A stretch of DNA of 64,000 nucleotides, taken from assembly GCA_003971905.1 (NCBI GenBank), contig RSEE01000009.1:248001-312000 (forward strand), written 5' to 3'. The notes under the pieces are model-generated. The model saw nothing but the letters and a program-made list of their open reading frames with translations. It did not search any database and was not told the DNA's origin. Positions 50,467 to 63,145 of this stretch are shown in pieces; the first letter of the stretch is position 1, and every line of letters begins with the position of its first letter. Source of the DNA: Moniliella sp. 'wahieum'. Lineage: Eukaryota. A program made the position numbers and the translations under genes.

Positions 50467-52026
50467 CTGTCCTTGGGCCCAGCGGTCATGTATGAATGGA
50501 TCACGCTGTGGAGATGTGACTCGGAGAGCACAGAGGGGCAAGTGGCGCTTGGCGAACTTGCGGCGGGGAAGTTCATAAGAAGGCGTGAAGGGTGAAGGGT
50601 GAAAGGTGAAGCATGGAGTCGTTTCGCAGGTCCCCCGATTTGGGTCAACCGGACGCGACCGAACATAGTGTAGTCGGGTCCGGCCAAGCTGTGTTGCTAG
50701 TATCGCTTCGTGCTGGTGATGTATTACGGGCCCTTGGATTCCGTCTTTGGGAGGCCGGCAAGGTGTCGTGCTAGTATCTTAGACCAACATGACCGGTTTG
50801 GGAAATGGGCACAGCGGCCTCTGCGGATCCTGCTGGACGTTCTGATAAAGTGTTAGTTTCGTGTGCTGATTCGCGGCGCCCAAAGAATATACCGGAATGG
50901 GGACTGAGTACGATCAAAATTGATATGTCGATGGTAGGACTAACCCTGTCTCTTCCAGGTGTGGCAGAAGGCTTAGGCCCAACCAATTAAGCAACCGCCA
51001 GTGCGATTGCACTGCTCTGCATCTCTTCCAGAGGTTCTCCACCCTTGCTTGGGTTCCTCTGGTCTTACAGTCGGGCTGGATGAACTGGATGGCATGGACA
51101 GCGCCGCCAACAGAAGGGTGAAAAAACAGAAAAAGCAGACGGACGAAGAGGAGTGGAACATGCCACCCGAGGTGATGGCCTGGGCGGAAAGGAACTGTAT
51201 GCCCATGATGCATGACCTAGGAATCGATCCGCACAGAAAAGCATGTGGATATCCACAGGCAATACCAGCTTGTATAACTGTTTTTGGCTCGTAGGTTGCA
51301 GGTGGCAGCTTGCGAGTTGAATGGCTCGCCACTAGACGCTGGAGTGTCGACCCCACAGAGTCACTGAGGTCGGTGTGCTTCAAGGCTGGCGGCGTGGCAG
51401 CGGCAAGAAGTGTCCGTTGCCCAGGTCAAACGGAAGCTGGATCCACATTCCAATCGAGCCAGCGCTGGGTGCTGGAAGGAAACTGGCTGGCACTCGTCAG
51501 TTGGACGACGCGGACCACCGGTGACGGTGACCGGTGGTTGATGCATGATGCATGATGATGCATGGATCCATGGACGTGGCTATTGGGCCGGTCACCAGCT
51601 ACTCGCATCTTCGGCGAGGCAATGCCGGCTGGTGGCGGCCCTGCTGGGCGCTGCGGCCTCCACTTGTCCCTCGCCCCGACCCGACCAGTGCACTCGAGCT
51701 GCTCTCGCCTGCTCCGGCACAGGGGCAGAGGCCATGCATAGTGCTCGACGCATGATCCATGATCCATGATGCATGGTGGTCATTCAGTGGCTGGCGTGGC
51801 GGGGCACTAACCGGTGACCGGTGACCCCGCTTGCAAATTGCTCGGGCCTGCGCGGAGTTAGCCGGTCGACTGGCCCGAGCCAGGGTGCTGGCGGGCCGCA
51901 CGGGGGCAGCAGCCTGCAGCAGCTGGGCATGACAATGTACGTAATGCGTCTGAGATTCTGCAGCGGGGCTGCCTGCGGATAGAATTGGTGCTGGTGCGTG
52001 TTTCGGAGCGTGCGCGCGTGCGAGGC

Positions 52027-52069
52027 AGCCGGAAGCGGGAAGCGGGAAGCGGGAAGCGGAAGCGGGAAG
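52027..52069. repeat. (GCGGGAA)n heptamer microsatellite
   Basis: agccggaagcgggaagcgggaagcgggaagcggaagcgggaag. Confidence 0.8.
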
Positions 52070-52694
52070 GGGCGGAGCGCACGGGTGGCGCATGGCTGCC
52101 CCTGTGCGGGGCTGGGAGCGCATCACGGGCGCCTGACTGCGGCGGCTGCGAACAGCAGCGCCGCGCCAAGGGGCGCGTAGGCGCATGGGTGCGTGCTGGT
52201 GCGCCGCAGTCTGCCCTACGCGCGGGGCTGCGCTGGCTGTGAGGATCGAGAGCATCTGAGGCGTCTCCTGCCAGGCTCCAGAGAGACGGCGTGGCCAGTG
52301 GCTGCGGCAGGCGCAGGCAGGCGGTCGAGTCATGGGTCGAGTCATGCGTGGGCTGCCCGCGGCCGGCTGTGGCAGTGGGATGGATGTGACATGTGACATG
52401 TGACATGCGGTGGCGGCGTGGAGCTTGGACAGGCATTAAGCGCTAAGCATGGCTGCATGCATGCATGCAGCATGCCGCATGCACGAACCCAGCATGTGAG
52501 ATTGATGATTTGAACATCAGAGCTCCCCCGCAGCAGCCCAGCCAGTGCGCTGCGCCGCACTAGCCCAGTGCCCCCCCCCCTCCACAAGCTATTAATTACA
52601 CAGCGCTCAGCCTCAGCCGCCGCTTCTCTGCTGCGCTTGCTGCCACCACCCCACCCCCACCACCACCGCCTCCTCGCGTGCCACCCCCCCGGCC

Positions 52695-55240
52695 ATGCTC
52701 GATGCCATTCGCACGCGGCTGCGCTCTCGCCAAAGCCACACTCCCTCCCAGTCCAAGCCTTCGTCCCAGCCCCAGCCCCACGCTTCGTCCCAGTCCCAGT
52801 CCCAGCCCCAGCAACAATCCCCGCCACAAGCCCAGACCGCCGACAAGCAGCAACCCAGCACGGGTCCCACCCGCAATGCGTCGCCTGTCGCCCGCCGCAT
52901 GAGCCAGCACCAGCCCCGCCGCTCCTTCGCCTCCCCCCGCGCGTCCTTTGCCGCCTCCCGCCCCTCTGCCTCTGCTGATGCCTCTCCCCCCCGGTCCCCC
53001 CGCCACTCGTTCAGCGGCAGCCGCCTCTCGCGCAACTTGGGCTCCATCCGCCACAAGCTCCACCCCCTCCTCCACTCGGGCCCCCTGGGCAACCACTCGT
53101 CCCAGTCCCGTCTCAGCAGCAGTGCCGAGCCCGACTCGTCTTCTGTCCTGAGGCTGACGCCGAGGGCAGTTCCGTTGCCGGCGCAACCAACCCAGAAGGA
53201 AGCCGGAACACGTTGAACCAAGCCTCCTCGGCTGCCAACCTCGCCGATGGCGCCGAAATCCCCGCCCAGTTCCGCGACTTGTTTCCAACAATGGCCGGCT
53301 TCACGAGCCTGGCTCGGGCAACATTGCTCCGTATCCCCTCTTGCCCTCCCTGTTGCCCTGTACGGTACCGCCACCAACACGGCCTGGACCGAGCCGATGT
53401 ACACTATATTCGAGCTGCCCCTGCCACCAGCCCGGCGACACGGTACGTCCCCCCCATCTCGCGCCTTGTTGCTATCTGCGAACTGACGCTGACTTGCCGA
53501 TGCGGTTGCAGACCCGGTTGAGAAGTGTGCCTACGTGGGCTATCTTCTCAATTCCCCCGACGGCAAGCAAACCTATGCGATTGCATGGGGCAACCCGCTT
53601 TGCCCCCGGACAACTACGCGTATGTGGCACAGCGGTGGGTGCACAAGGTTGAATCGGAGGGCAAGCGGCCGCTCTGGTCCTGCTGCTCGGAGGACTTTAT
53701 GGATGTGCTTACCCGTGCGCATCCGCATGTCATTGGGGACGAGCCTCTGGTGGGCGCTAGCAAGCTCAGTGCCGGTGCCACCTTGGATTGGTCCGGGTTG
53801 ACCTGCATCCATGAAGACGCGGTGGACCCGCGGCAGTTCCATGTGGACCAGACGGAGAAGTTTGTCCGGACCAAGTTGCGCAAGGCGCATCGCAAGGGGC
53901 TGCGGATCGTTGAGGCCCATGGCCGCTTCCCTGACCCCATTGTCGATGGCTCCTCGGCCCTCACACGCGCACAAGTGGAAGAAGGCATCTTGACCTGGAA
54001 AGAATCCAAGGCGGTCAAAGGGGCTCAAATCCATGCGTCCGATACGGAACCGTGGGCGTGACCTGAGCCACCGCAAGTACTTTTACGCTGTTGCGCCCGA
54101 ACACCTCCGGAGGAAGAGGAGGCCAGGGCACCCGGGAAGCCCGCCGCCAGTGCAGGCAACCTCACTACGGGAGGGAAGAGCACGGCGACGAGCCAGTCCA
54201 ACTTGAGTGTGCCCACGTGTTGCTGGACTACCACGAAGATGAAAAGGTGGTGGGGATGTGTGTCTTGGCACCGATTGCGGAGGGCAAGTATGTGGTCAAG
54301 TGGCTGTTGGAGTTTGACCAGGACGTCAAGGGCACGTCCGAGTGCTTGATTGTCATGTGCTTGAACGGTTGCGCGATGCTGGCTCGCCCGATTGGCCGAC
54401 GCCGTCCAAGAAACCAAAGGAGGATAAGCCTCTGTCCAACCGTGAAAAGGCTCGTCGGGCCCGTAAGGCTCGGCAGGAGGCCCCAAGCTCAAGCTCAGCT
54501 CAAGCTCAAACTCAGGCCCAGGCTCCATCACAGAACGACCTTCCACTTCGCAGGTGACCGAAGCTGGTACGGGTGCGGCCCCAGGAAAATCGTTGCAGTT
54601 CAGGCCCCTGTCAACACGCTTACCCAGCTAAGCAAGCCGAAGAACCTTCGCCACTGAGAATGGGAAGCAAGAGGGCAAGTCCGAAGGGGCCACGCCTGCT
54701 TCTACACAACGCCTTCACACACGCCCCAAGCGACGGTGCTCGCGGTGCCAGAGCCAACGCCGATGCAAGTCAAGTCGACCGCATCGAGTGTCGACACGTC
54801 CTCGGCTGCCTTGTTCCTCTGCAGGGTGGACAAGGCGTCGGCCAATTGGGACAAAGCAAACGCCCGTTGCACTTCGCTCTCCTTTGGCATTTCGGGCGGG
54901 GAGTTGAAACCGGGTCGGAACATGCACGTGGGCCTGCGGTTTACCACCGTGACCGCCGCCTACAATGCTCTTAGCAAAACGTTCCACTTGGCTTCCAAGG
55001 GCTCGTTCCGCACCAAGTTTGGTGCGTCGCACGAGGTGACCAATTTCATTTGTTTCCCCCAAGGGTCCCTGGGCTTCAAGATGATTGATGCGATTGTGGT
55101 GCGTTGAAGGAAGATCAGACGCAAGCGACGGACGTGGAGGCGATTTTGGCCAAACCCTCGTCGGACGCTGATGCTCCTACGCCCACGTCCGACTCGCCCC
55201 AGCTACTTCCACACCGCTCCCACCTACGGCGGAGGCGTAA
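52695..55240 (+). CDS. Free-standing DUF2156 (LPG_synthase_C / aminoacyl-tRNA transferase) protein resembling the transferase domain of fungal ErdS
   Basis: Ordered motifs YGTATNTAW (53361), AIAWGNP, VRTKLRKAHRKG, GILTWKE..GAQIH...PW, HRKYFYA, GMCVLAPI..YVVKWLLEF..GTSECLI, LSFG, YNALSKTFHL..KGSFRTKFG..ICFPQGSLG. Intron 53443-53511. Stop at 55107, or about 55240 if a frameshift is corrected. Recognised from remembered family motifs. Confidence 0.75.
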
Positions 55241-56327
55241 AATCCCACCTTTGCCACAGATTAAATTCCATTTGGAGAGGTCATCAATCATCAGTCCATG
55301 GCGTGGCATCAAATTGGATCGCTGGTCTGGTCTGGTTTGCTTTGCTCTTTTTTTCTTCGCTTGGCTGTTGTTCCTCTCGTTTTGCGTTTGTGTTTCCTCT
55401 ACCTTTTCCCATTTACCCTTTTACTTTCCTTACGACTACCCCCGTTTCGCCATTTATCTTTCCTTGCCCCTCTTTTTTGCCCTGTCTCCTGGGCCGTTGG
55501 CGTTCCCTCACCTAGGTTTACATATGGCTCGGTCTGTCAGGTCGCAAATGTTGCTAATTGCCAGGCGCCCGCTGTTGGGCTCGATCTCTTTGCTTGGTTG
55601 GTAGCACCGCTCCGTTCTCGGTGGGTTGGGATTGGAGCTCAAAGACCGACACCAGATCCGGACTTGCAGTGGGCGTTGCCAGCCTTTTCTGTATGCATGA
55701 TGCATTTTATATGGTCCCGCAGACATGGCAATGCGGCTGCCTCTCGGTTCAAACTAATAATAGCTCTATGGCGTGGGCATGCTATGGGGAGGTTGAGGCG
55801 TTTGCTGGAGGGTGCGCTGGAATCGGCAAGTGGTGTTGATGTTGATGTTGAGGTGGAGCGTTGATTGCTGCTTGCTGGTTAATGATTGGGCTGCTGACTT
55901 GGCGAGAACAAAAGCGGCAGTGGGATCTCAGTCTGGGAACGCTGACTGGGACTGCTGACTAGGCGAGCCCAGAACAGGCAGTGCGAATCAGCCAACCGAA
56001 GAAACACCCAGGCGGAAAGAACAGAAAAAACGAAAAAAAGCACGCGCAGAATTGCAATTACGAAATCGCCCCAGGGCGACTGTTCGCCTTGAGCCAGAGC
56101 CTGAAGCTGCGGCGTAAGTCTAAGCCCCAGCCTGGCTGGAGGTTAGCCACACGCACTCGGCTCTACTCGCCCAGGTGTTGCTTCAGCCGGCCGCCTTTGT
56201 GCCGGTTACTCCCACCACCTTTCTCACGCCCCCGGCGTTCGGCTGAGCACGCGCACGCCCCTCCAGCACGCCCCCGCCACCCCCACCCCGCCCATCTGGC
56301 ACGTCCCCCCCCCTCTCCCCTCGCACC

Positions 56328-59300
56328 ATGAGCGACTCGGGCTTGCCAACCGACAACCCCCTCCTGGGGCGGCTCCACAACGAAGACTTGGGGTCAGAAT
56401 CATGGGCCGCAGTGCGTCCGGGCAGAGTCGGCGTTCTGCCTTCCACACCTCGAGCCCCGCGACGTGCTTAGCCCCGCGCCTGCATCCGACCCTGCGCCCG
56501 CCTCCGACTGGAGGAAAACGATGAACGACTTGGTGCGGCAGTGGTCGGACGAAACATTCGCCGCTGCAAGAAATTATCCCTCCCCCCCCGTCAAACCGCT
56601 TCCGGACGGCCCGGGCCTTTCCCAGCGCGCTACGGTCCAGGTCAAGCGGTTGGCCTACCACATTGTGGCGCACAAGTTGCGTTCGACCGGGCCCGAGTGG
56701 GCACAGCAGATCGCCTTGGCCTTTGGCCAGATCGAACAGGTGGCGTTGGCGTTAGGAGGAAGTGGTGCGCGTGGCGGACGAATCGCGCGGGATGAAGGAA
56801 GACTTGTAAATAAACTCTTGTTGGGCGTTACCAATGCGCTGGCCGAGTCCAACAAGGAAGAGGTGCGCAACCAACGTGCCTGGTCGGCCAATACCGAGGA
56901 ACGGATCCAAGCGCTGGAAAACGATTGGCGCTTGCGCATCGAGGCGATGGAGCAGGCACAACAGACTGCTTGGAGCAAGTCCAGAATACGGTGCAGGGCG
57001 ATATCAAGATGCGTGCGTTGGCCGAAGTCAAAGCCACCTTGCTCTCCCGCGCCTCCTTGTCCTCCGCTGGAGGAACTGGGGTGGACCAGCGGAGGGAGCA
57101 AGGCCATCCAATGAGCGCGATGCGGTGGGTACGGGATATGGTACCCCAAGAAATGGACCGCTTCGGGGAGAGGTGAAAGCCGAGCTTGTGCCCACTTTGG
57201 AAGACCAGGTGCGCACGCGATGGAGAAAGATGCAGCCCTTGGTGCACACCGAGGTGGAGAAGGAGATGCGTCGGGTGATCCGTGCCGAGCTCGAACAGGA
57301 CATTCGTCCATTGGTTCGCGCCGAACTCGCCAACGAGCTCGCCCCGTCGTCCAAACCGAGGTGGAAAAGGAAGTACAGCCGTTGCTGCAACAGGAAGCGC
57401 AGAAAGCTACCCAGGCTTCCCTCGAGCTGGCACGGCCTTCCTTGCGAGACGAAGTACGGACCATGGTACAGGCCGAACTGGCACGATTCAAGTTGGCCCA
57501 AATCAGGCAAGACAAGTGCGAGCTGCCCCAGGTGTCTTTACACCAGCTCAGCAGGCCCAACCGGGCCTAACGGAACAGGTCAAACCACTGCTTGACCCAA
57601 CGCAACAGGGCCTACTCGATCTAGAAACTGCAGGCCAGCAGCAGGCTCAAAGGCCATGCTTGGCGCACGAAGACAGGTTGGGCCTTGAGGCCCGACTGGT
57701 GCACGAGGCCAAGTTGGTACGGGATGCCAAACTGGCACGAGAACGAGAGGCCGAACTGGCACGAGAAGCCGAACTGGCACGAGAAGCTGAACTGGCACGA
57801 GAGGCCGAACTGGCTCAGCAGGCCAAACAAGCACTAGAGGCCAAGCTTGCCCTTGAAGCCAAGTTGGCGAAAGAGATTCAGCAGGCTAAAGAAGCACAAG
57901 AAGCCAAACGGGCTCTAGAAGCCAAACGCGCACAAGAAGCAAAACGGGCTCAGGAGGCCAAGCTAGCACAAGAGGCCAAGCTGGCACAGGAGGCCAAGCT
58001 ATCCCAAGAGGCCAGACGGGCAGAAGAGGCCAAACTGGCTGAAGAGATCAAATCAGTTCAGCGAGCTCAGCAAGTTCAACAAAGCAAGCTGGCTCAACAG
58101 GTCGAGCCTTTTATCACGACGCGGCAAAGCTCGCAAGTTGAGTTCGACAGTCATGAAGCAGTTCTTGCCTCCCAACAACGCACTTCTAGCTTGTCTGCGG
58201 TGGAGACGACGGGCTCTTCAATGTCATCCCATCCTTTTATCCTCCCACCCCCTTCTGCTCGTCAATCCGCACCCACGTCGAAGTCTGCGTCGCCGTCAAC
58301 TGCCGAGGGTGGGCCCCGTTCCCGGTCCGCTGTCGTCCGCCCAGCTCAGGATCCGCCACCGGTCGTTCCACCGATACGCACAACGAGAGATGCTGGCCAA
58401 TGGCTTGAAGCACAGCAGGCGATCCATGCATCTCTCTGGCGCGCAACTGCTACAAACAATCTCAGCGGCTTTGCCCTCTGGGCCAGCGTCCCATTGGTAC
58501 TCCAAGCTTACCCGGCATTTGAGCAAGACGACTCGGAAATGAGCTGGCCCGAGTTTGTCCAGCTCTTTACCGAGGTTCTCTGACGACCAAGGCATCAGAT
58601 GGACCTTGCCTCCTGATGCTCCTTCTAAATCTTTGGCCTCAGTTCCTGGTTCAGCAGCTCCAACTCTCACTCCTCCCCCTTCGGCTAGCCATCCCCCTTC
58701 CTCCAATACCCAAGGGGGCACAACAAGTGCTAGCCCCCGTCGCTCAACGGCCCACGTCCAGCCCGTTCGCTCCTTCCCCGAACCACGCTCCCCTCTCACC
58801 CATCCACCATTCTGCCCCATTTCCTCGAGCCGCTTCGCCTGAAATAGCAGCCCCGCCATCCCGCAGACGGTCGAGCCTGGAGCCCAACAGCTCTACGTCC
58901 AGGCCGCCATCTCATCGAGCCCCTCGCCGAAGTCCTGCTCCCAACAGGGCCATGTCGTCCGACTACCCCCCTCCCAAAGCTCGCGCTTCCTTCTCCCCTC
59001 CACCCTTCGACTCGGAACACCCCGCCCTTCCGCCCAGGCCCGAAGCAGACGGGGCGAACGCCCATCCCGCTCACGTATGGAATGGGACAGGCACCTTTCC
59101 TCTCACTCTTTCTCGCGCGGCACAGATGTCAGCCCCGGGCGGCACGACCACTCGCGGTATGACCACGACCGGTACGACCACGACCGGTACGACCACGACC
59201 GGTACGACCACGACCGGTACGACCACAGCGATACGACACACAGCCGATACGAGTCTGACCGAATGGACCGCGAGAGGTATGGCCGGGATCGATACGACCG

Positions 59301-59681
59301 AGTGGGAGCGGTACCATCGTCAGCGGTCCGACTATGAGCGGTACGATCGTGAGCGCTAGTCCTGAGCGGTACAGTGCGGAGCGGTACGAGCTGGCGAGGG
59401 ACGAGCGGGGGGGACGAGCCTGAGCCACCCCGGCCTTCTTCCCGACACAGTTCCGAGGCCCACGACCGTTCCCATCCCAGCCTTGCGTCTCGGCTGCAAT
59501 CGGCCAAACGGGGCTCGCCTGCCGACAAGGAAGAAGCGCCGCGGCCCACGGCTCACCGCTCTGCCGCCCAAGCTACCTCGTCCCGTTCGTCTCGTTCGTC
59601 TCGTCGGCCCTTGGGCCAGGCGCGCGTGGTAGAGCGAATGCGCCGGAGCAGACCGAGTCCAAACGACGCCGCATCGAGTGA
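56328..59681 (+). CDS. Hypothetical low-complexity coiled-coil protein with internal tandem repeats; frameshifted
   Basis: Chain of overlapping long + strand ORFs (56464-57114, 56925-57176, 57220-57570, 57282-58583, 58555-58842, 58616-59359, 59374 onward); AREAEL/AQEAKL hexapeptide repeats; RYDHD repeats. Ends uncertain. Confidence 0.6.
57702..58040 (+). repeat. 18-bp coding repeat array (A[RQL]EA[EK][LR])n
   Basis: gaactggcacgagaagcc-type units, about 18 degenerate copies. Confidence 0.85.
59141..59226 (+). repeat. 15-bp tandem repeat (GACCACGACCGGTAC)n
   Basis: Four exact copies at 59161-59220 plus degenerate flanks; reads (DHDRY)n. Confidence 0.9.
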
Positions 59682-60537
59682 CCTGTCTCGGCCTCCACCA
59701 TTTCCTCTTTCTTTCCCTCTCTTCTTCCTCTTTCTTCTTCCTCGTTTTCTTCTTTTTTTCCTCTTTTCTCTTTCTTCTTTATTCTTTCCTCATTCTTCTT
59801 TCCTCTTTCTTGGTTTCGCTTGGGAAACGACCGCAGTTCTCCTCCATCGCCTTTCCGACCACGCCCCCTCCCCTCCCGGTGGTCCGCTACGAGGTTACGA
59901 CGACTTGTGTTTCCCTTGCCCCATATGTCCCCAAGGCATTGGTCCTCGTGAGGCCACCCTCCACCGTCATTGGATCCCGCCATCTTTCGGAACAGGTAGG
60001 AAGGGCGCCTCTGCATCTTCGACACTTTCTATGCGCCCGCCAAGTCGTTGGAATAGGCCGATAGCCCCGCGCCAAGCTTTCGTATTTCGCCCTTGTACTT
60101 TTCCATCTCCTCGGCTTTTGGCTCCTCTCGTCTACTCGTCCGTCTCTTCTGGTTTGGTTCAAGATAGAAGGAGAGGAGGCTATCCTCCGTGTCCATTCGA
60201 TGTATTTGGTTTCTTAAGACTCAACAAGTAGGTGCCACCCTACCCCAGTTTTATAGTCTCATCACTATCGACAGCTGTGGGCATGCAGTGTACCAGATTT
60301 GAGGAGCGAGGTTGATAGCGGTAATGGTGGCGGGGAGAGGAGGTAGAGATAGCAGGGGCGGGAGCCGGGGCATGCATGGTTGGTGGTGGTGGGGGAGCTA
60401 GTTTGGATGAGCGCAAGACAACTACCAACACAACATGAGCATGGATGCATGAGGCAAGCATGGATTCCATTAAAGAGCACGGATCGATACGGGCCACCAA
60501 AAAAGGAATTAGCGGATCACTGCAGGTTTGACCTCCT

Positions 60538-60866
60538 TTACTCGCGCTTGTACTGGCTGGTAAACTCTTGCTGCAAGGTTCGGGTCAGCAACCGAGTCAA
60601 ACAAAGCAAGGCAAGGCAAAGGCCCAGGAGAGGGAAGAAAGAAGAAGAAACGTACGTTGACCGTCAGCAGCTTGGTGTTGGTGCCGGGGGCAATCTTGTT
60701 CCAAGGCTCGGGGTTGTCCTTGTGGTTCCACACAATCGTCGGGCCCTGCGACAAGCGGTAGAGGTACCACATCGCGCCGGCAAGCACGCACCGCCGGTGA
60801 TGACGTAGATGGGCACCGCCTCGGGGCGTACCAGTACTTCTTGAACGCGCGCAGGCCGGCCGACAT
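60538..60866 (-). CDS. NDUFA4/B12D-family (MLRQ) mitochondrial respiratory-chain subunit, two exons
   Basis: MSAGLRAFKKYWYAPEAVPIYVITGGA..AGAMWYLYRLSQGPTIVWNHKDNPEPWNKI..NTKLLTVN, intron GTACGT..GCTGAC..CAG, then QEFTSQYKRE*. Confidence 0.85.
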
Positions 60867-61628
60867 GGTAGGAAACGGAGGAGAGGTGGAGGTGGAGGTG
60901 GAGGTGGAGGAGAAGAGGGAAAACGGCGGCTGGAGCGGCGATTTTTAATCGTCCCGGACCCCGCCGGGCCGAGCAGGGAGGGCTGGGAGCTGCATCATGC
61001 ATGCGACCTCAGATGCGGTGCGCAGGCGTGGGAAAGCAGGCGCATCACCGGTCGACCGGCCGCATCGGGGGCCGCCGGCGTGGCTGTGTGCCCCTGTGCC
61101 CCAGCGCTGCGTTCGGCTGAGGACAGCGCCAGTGCGCGGCCGCGGCTCCCCGCACCACAGCTGTTACCCGGCGGGAGTGCCAGCACGGTGGCTGGCCCGC
61201 ACCAGGCCAGTGTGAGGGCTCACAACCCAAAGTTTCAAAAGCCCCAGGCGCCCGGCCGCTGCCCAGCCTCCCGCGCTGGCGCTCCGCCTGCCTGGCCAGC
61301 CCGTTCCGCCCCGCGCTTTTCACAAACGGCGGAAACGTAAACAAATCCGTCGCCCAGCAACCCAGTCACTGACAGGGCCCAGCCAGCACAGGCCGGCACT
61401 CGGTACTCGACGCCCTCAGGGGAGCTATGACATGGTGACAACCGCCACGCAAGCCGCAGGGCGGCTGATGGCGCTGATGGTCGATGATAGATGACGTAAG
61501 GTGTAACTCACAGGGACCGTCCTGTGTGATGTCGCATGTCACATGCCGCTGTCACGCGGGCTTGTTCAAGCTGCAAGTGACGCGCACCCGCTACGCCACT
61601 CCGGGTACGCCGCTGCTGCCATACGCCT

Positions 61629-61680
61629 CGCTCAGGACGAAGCAATTGGAAATGGGAGCGAGATCAGCCAAACGATGAGA
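61629..61680 (-). repeat. About 50-bp scrap of the Gypsy LTR end
   Basis: gacgaagcaattggaaatgggagcgagatcagccaaacgatgaga vs LTR gacgaagaaattggaaatgggagcgagatcagccaaactatgaca (3 mismatches in 45). Confidence 0.8.
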
Positions 61681-63145
61681 TTTGACAGCTGCTACGCCAC
61701 GGTGCTCCGCCTCTCGGAGGCTATCTATTGACAACATCTTGTGTGTGTAATACCAGGGCTGAGGACGGAGGCGTCCCCTCAATACTTGATCCCTTGGCAG
61801 GCATTCCCGCAACCGAGTGCCAGCACGGCTACCCCCACGTTACCCATTCCGATGTCCACAGTTACTCTTTAAGCTTTACCATCAAGAGTATAGTCCAAAA
61901 AAATGCAATGTGGCGGCGACGCGTAGAGTGTGATGAGACCTGGAGTCCAGATGGTCCTCGAGGGTGATGCAATCGCACTGATGGCGGTGGTGTTGGTCTA
62001 AGCCAACCAGCTACGCCTACTGAGGAACATCAAGCAGCGAGTCGCCACCAGGGGCTATACAGCTGAGCAAGGAAAACAGGGGAGAAAAACAGAACTCCCA
62101 GGCATGAGGAGGAACTGAAGGGACATTGGCCAAAGCACGAGCCACCCGGTGGCTCAACAGAGCGCATTCCGGCGCTCTGTGGCGGTGGCTGGCTCCCCCA
62201 GGCGCGGAGGTGGAGCACTTCCGGCCTCACTAGCCCCGAGGCTCCGCAGGCGCCAAAGACTGGTGGCGCACGCATAGCCACGTAAGCGCGCGTAAGCCCC
62301 AGAGACTAATAGTCTTCTCTCCTGTAGCTCTCAGACCTCATCCTGTTTCCCATCACCAACGCCAATCTCGCGCCCGCAAGAGATCGCCTACGCTACTGTC
62401 CTATTATACACTTCAGCATCCATTGCGGTCTCCATAGGCGGGTGGATCAGGGCGTCGCTCCAGCTCCACACGCGTCACTCCAACAAGCAAGCGCCGCAGC
62501 CCGATCCACACCTTCCACGCCTATATGGCAGGCCAGCGGTGCCGGCCAAGCCTTCTCGCCTTGCGATAGATCAAGCTTCAAGCTTCAGTCGATCACCAGG
62601 GGAACGGTTGAAAAGGACTGGATATCTCAACTGGTGTTGGTGTGGTACCGTTTCAGGCCACCCCCCCCGTCCACGTCCATCTTTGGAGAGGCAACAACGA
62701 TGTAGTCCAGATTGCTCCGTTGTTCTCCTGATCTAACCTACGGGGCAGGGGCCGGTGACCTGTTGCTAAGCAATGCCAACCCAGCTGGCACGGTCGATGT
62801 ACCCTCTGGGACTGCGCTCTGGTGAACCCCTGCAAAAGTCCCCCGAAGAATCGGTGGAACAACATGATTCATGCCCAGCACAGTTCGCCACACCAAAAGA
62901 ACCAGGCCCTAGCTCCAGCCGTAGGGAGAGGGATCCAGCAGGACCGTCCATTCCAATGAGGTCATACGAACTCTTCTGCGTTCTGTGCAAGGAGGATGCT
63001 GATGCAAGAAGAGGCAGGTGTGTGCGGGGCATGGGAGGAGAGAGAAAAGATGAGCCGGAGGCAAAGAAGGAGCAGTTGGGAAAAAGGGAGAGCTAGGGAG
63101 TCCAAGACACGTGTTGAGCGAAACTGCCGGCATGCTGCATGGACG

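Noticed and set aside
50770..51383. Short ORFs between the TBC and DUF2156 genes as a possible AspRS remnant
   Set aside because: No class II synthetase motifs or OB-fold features in either strand's translations.
58380..58583. SWPEFVQLF resembling a retrotransposon gag motif (domesticated gag?)
   Set aside because: Single short motif; no other gag features, zinc knuckle or LTRs.
59141..59226. Short direct repeats as a possible CRISPR array (also 20697-20802 and 57702-58040)
   Set aside because: Head-to-tail units with no unique spacers, lengths in multiples of 3 inside coding DNA, eukaryotic context, no cas genes.
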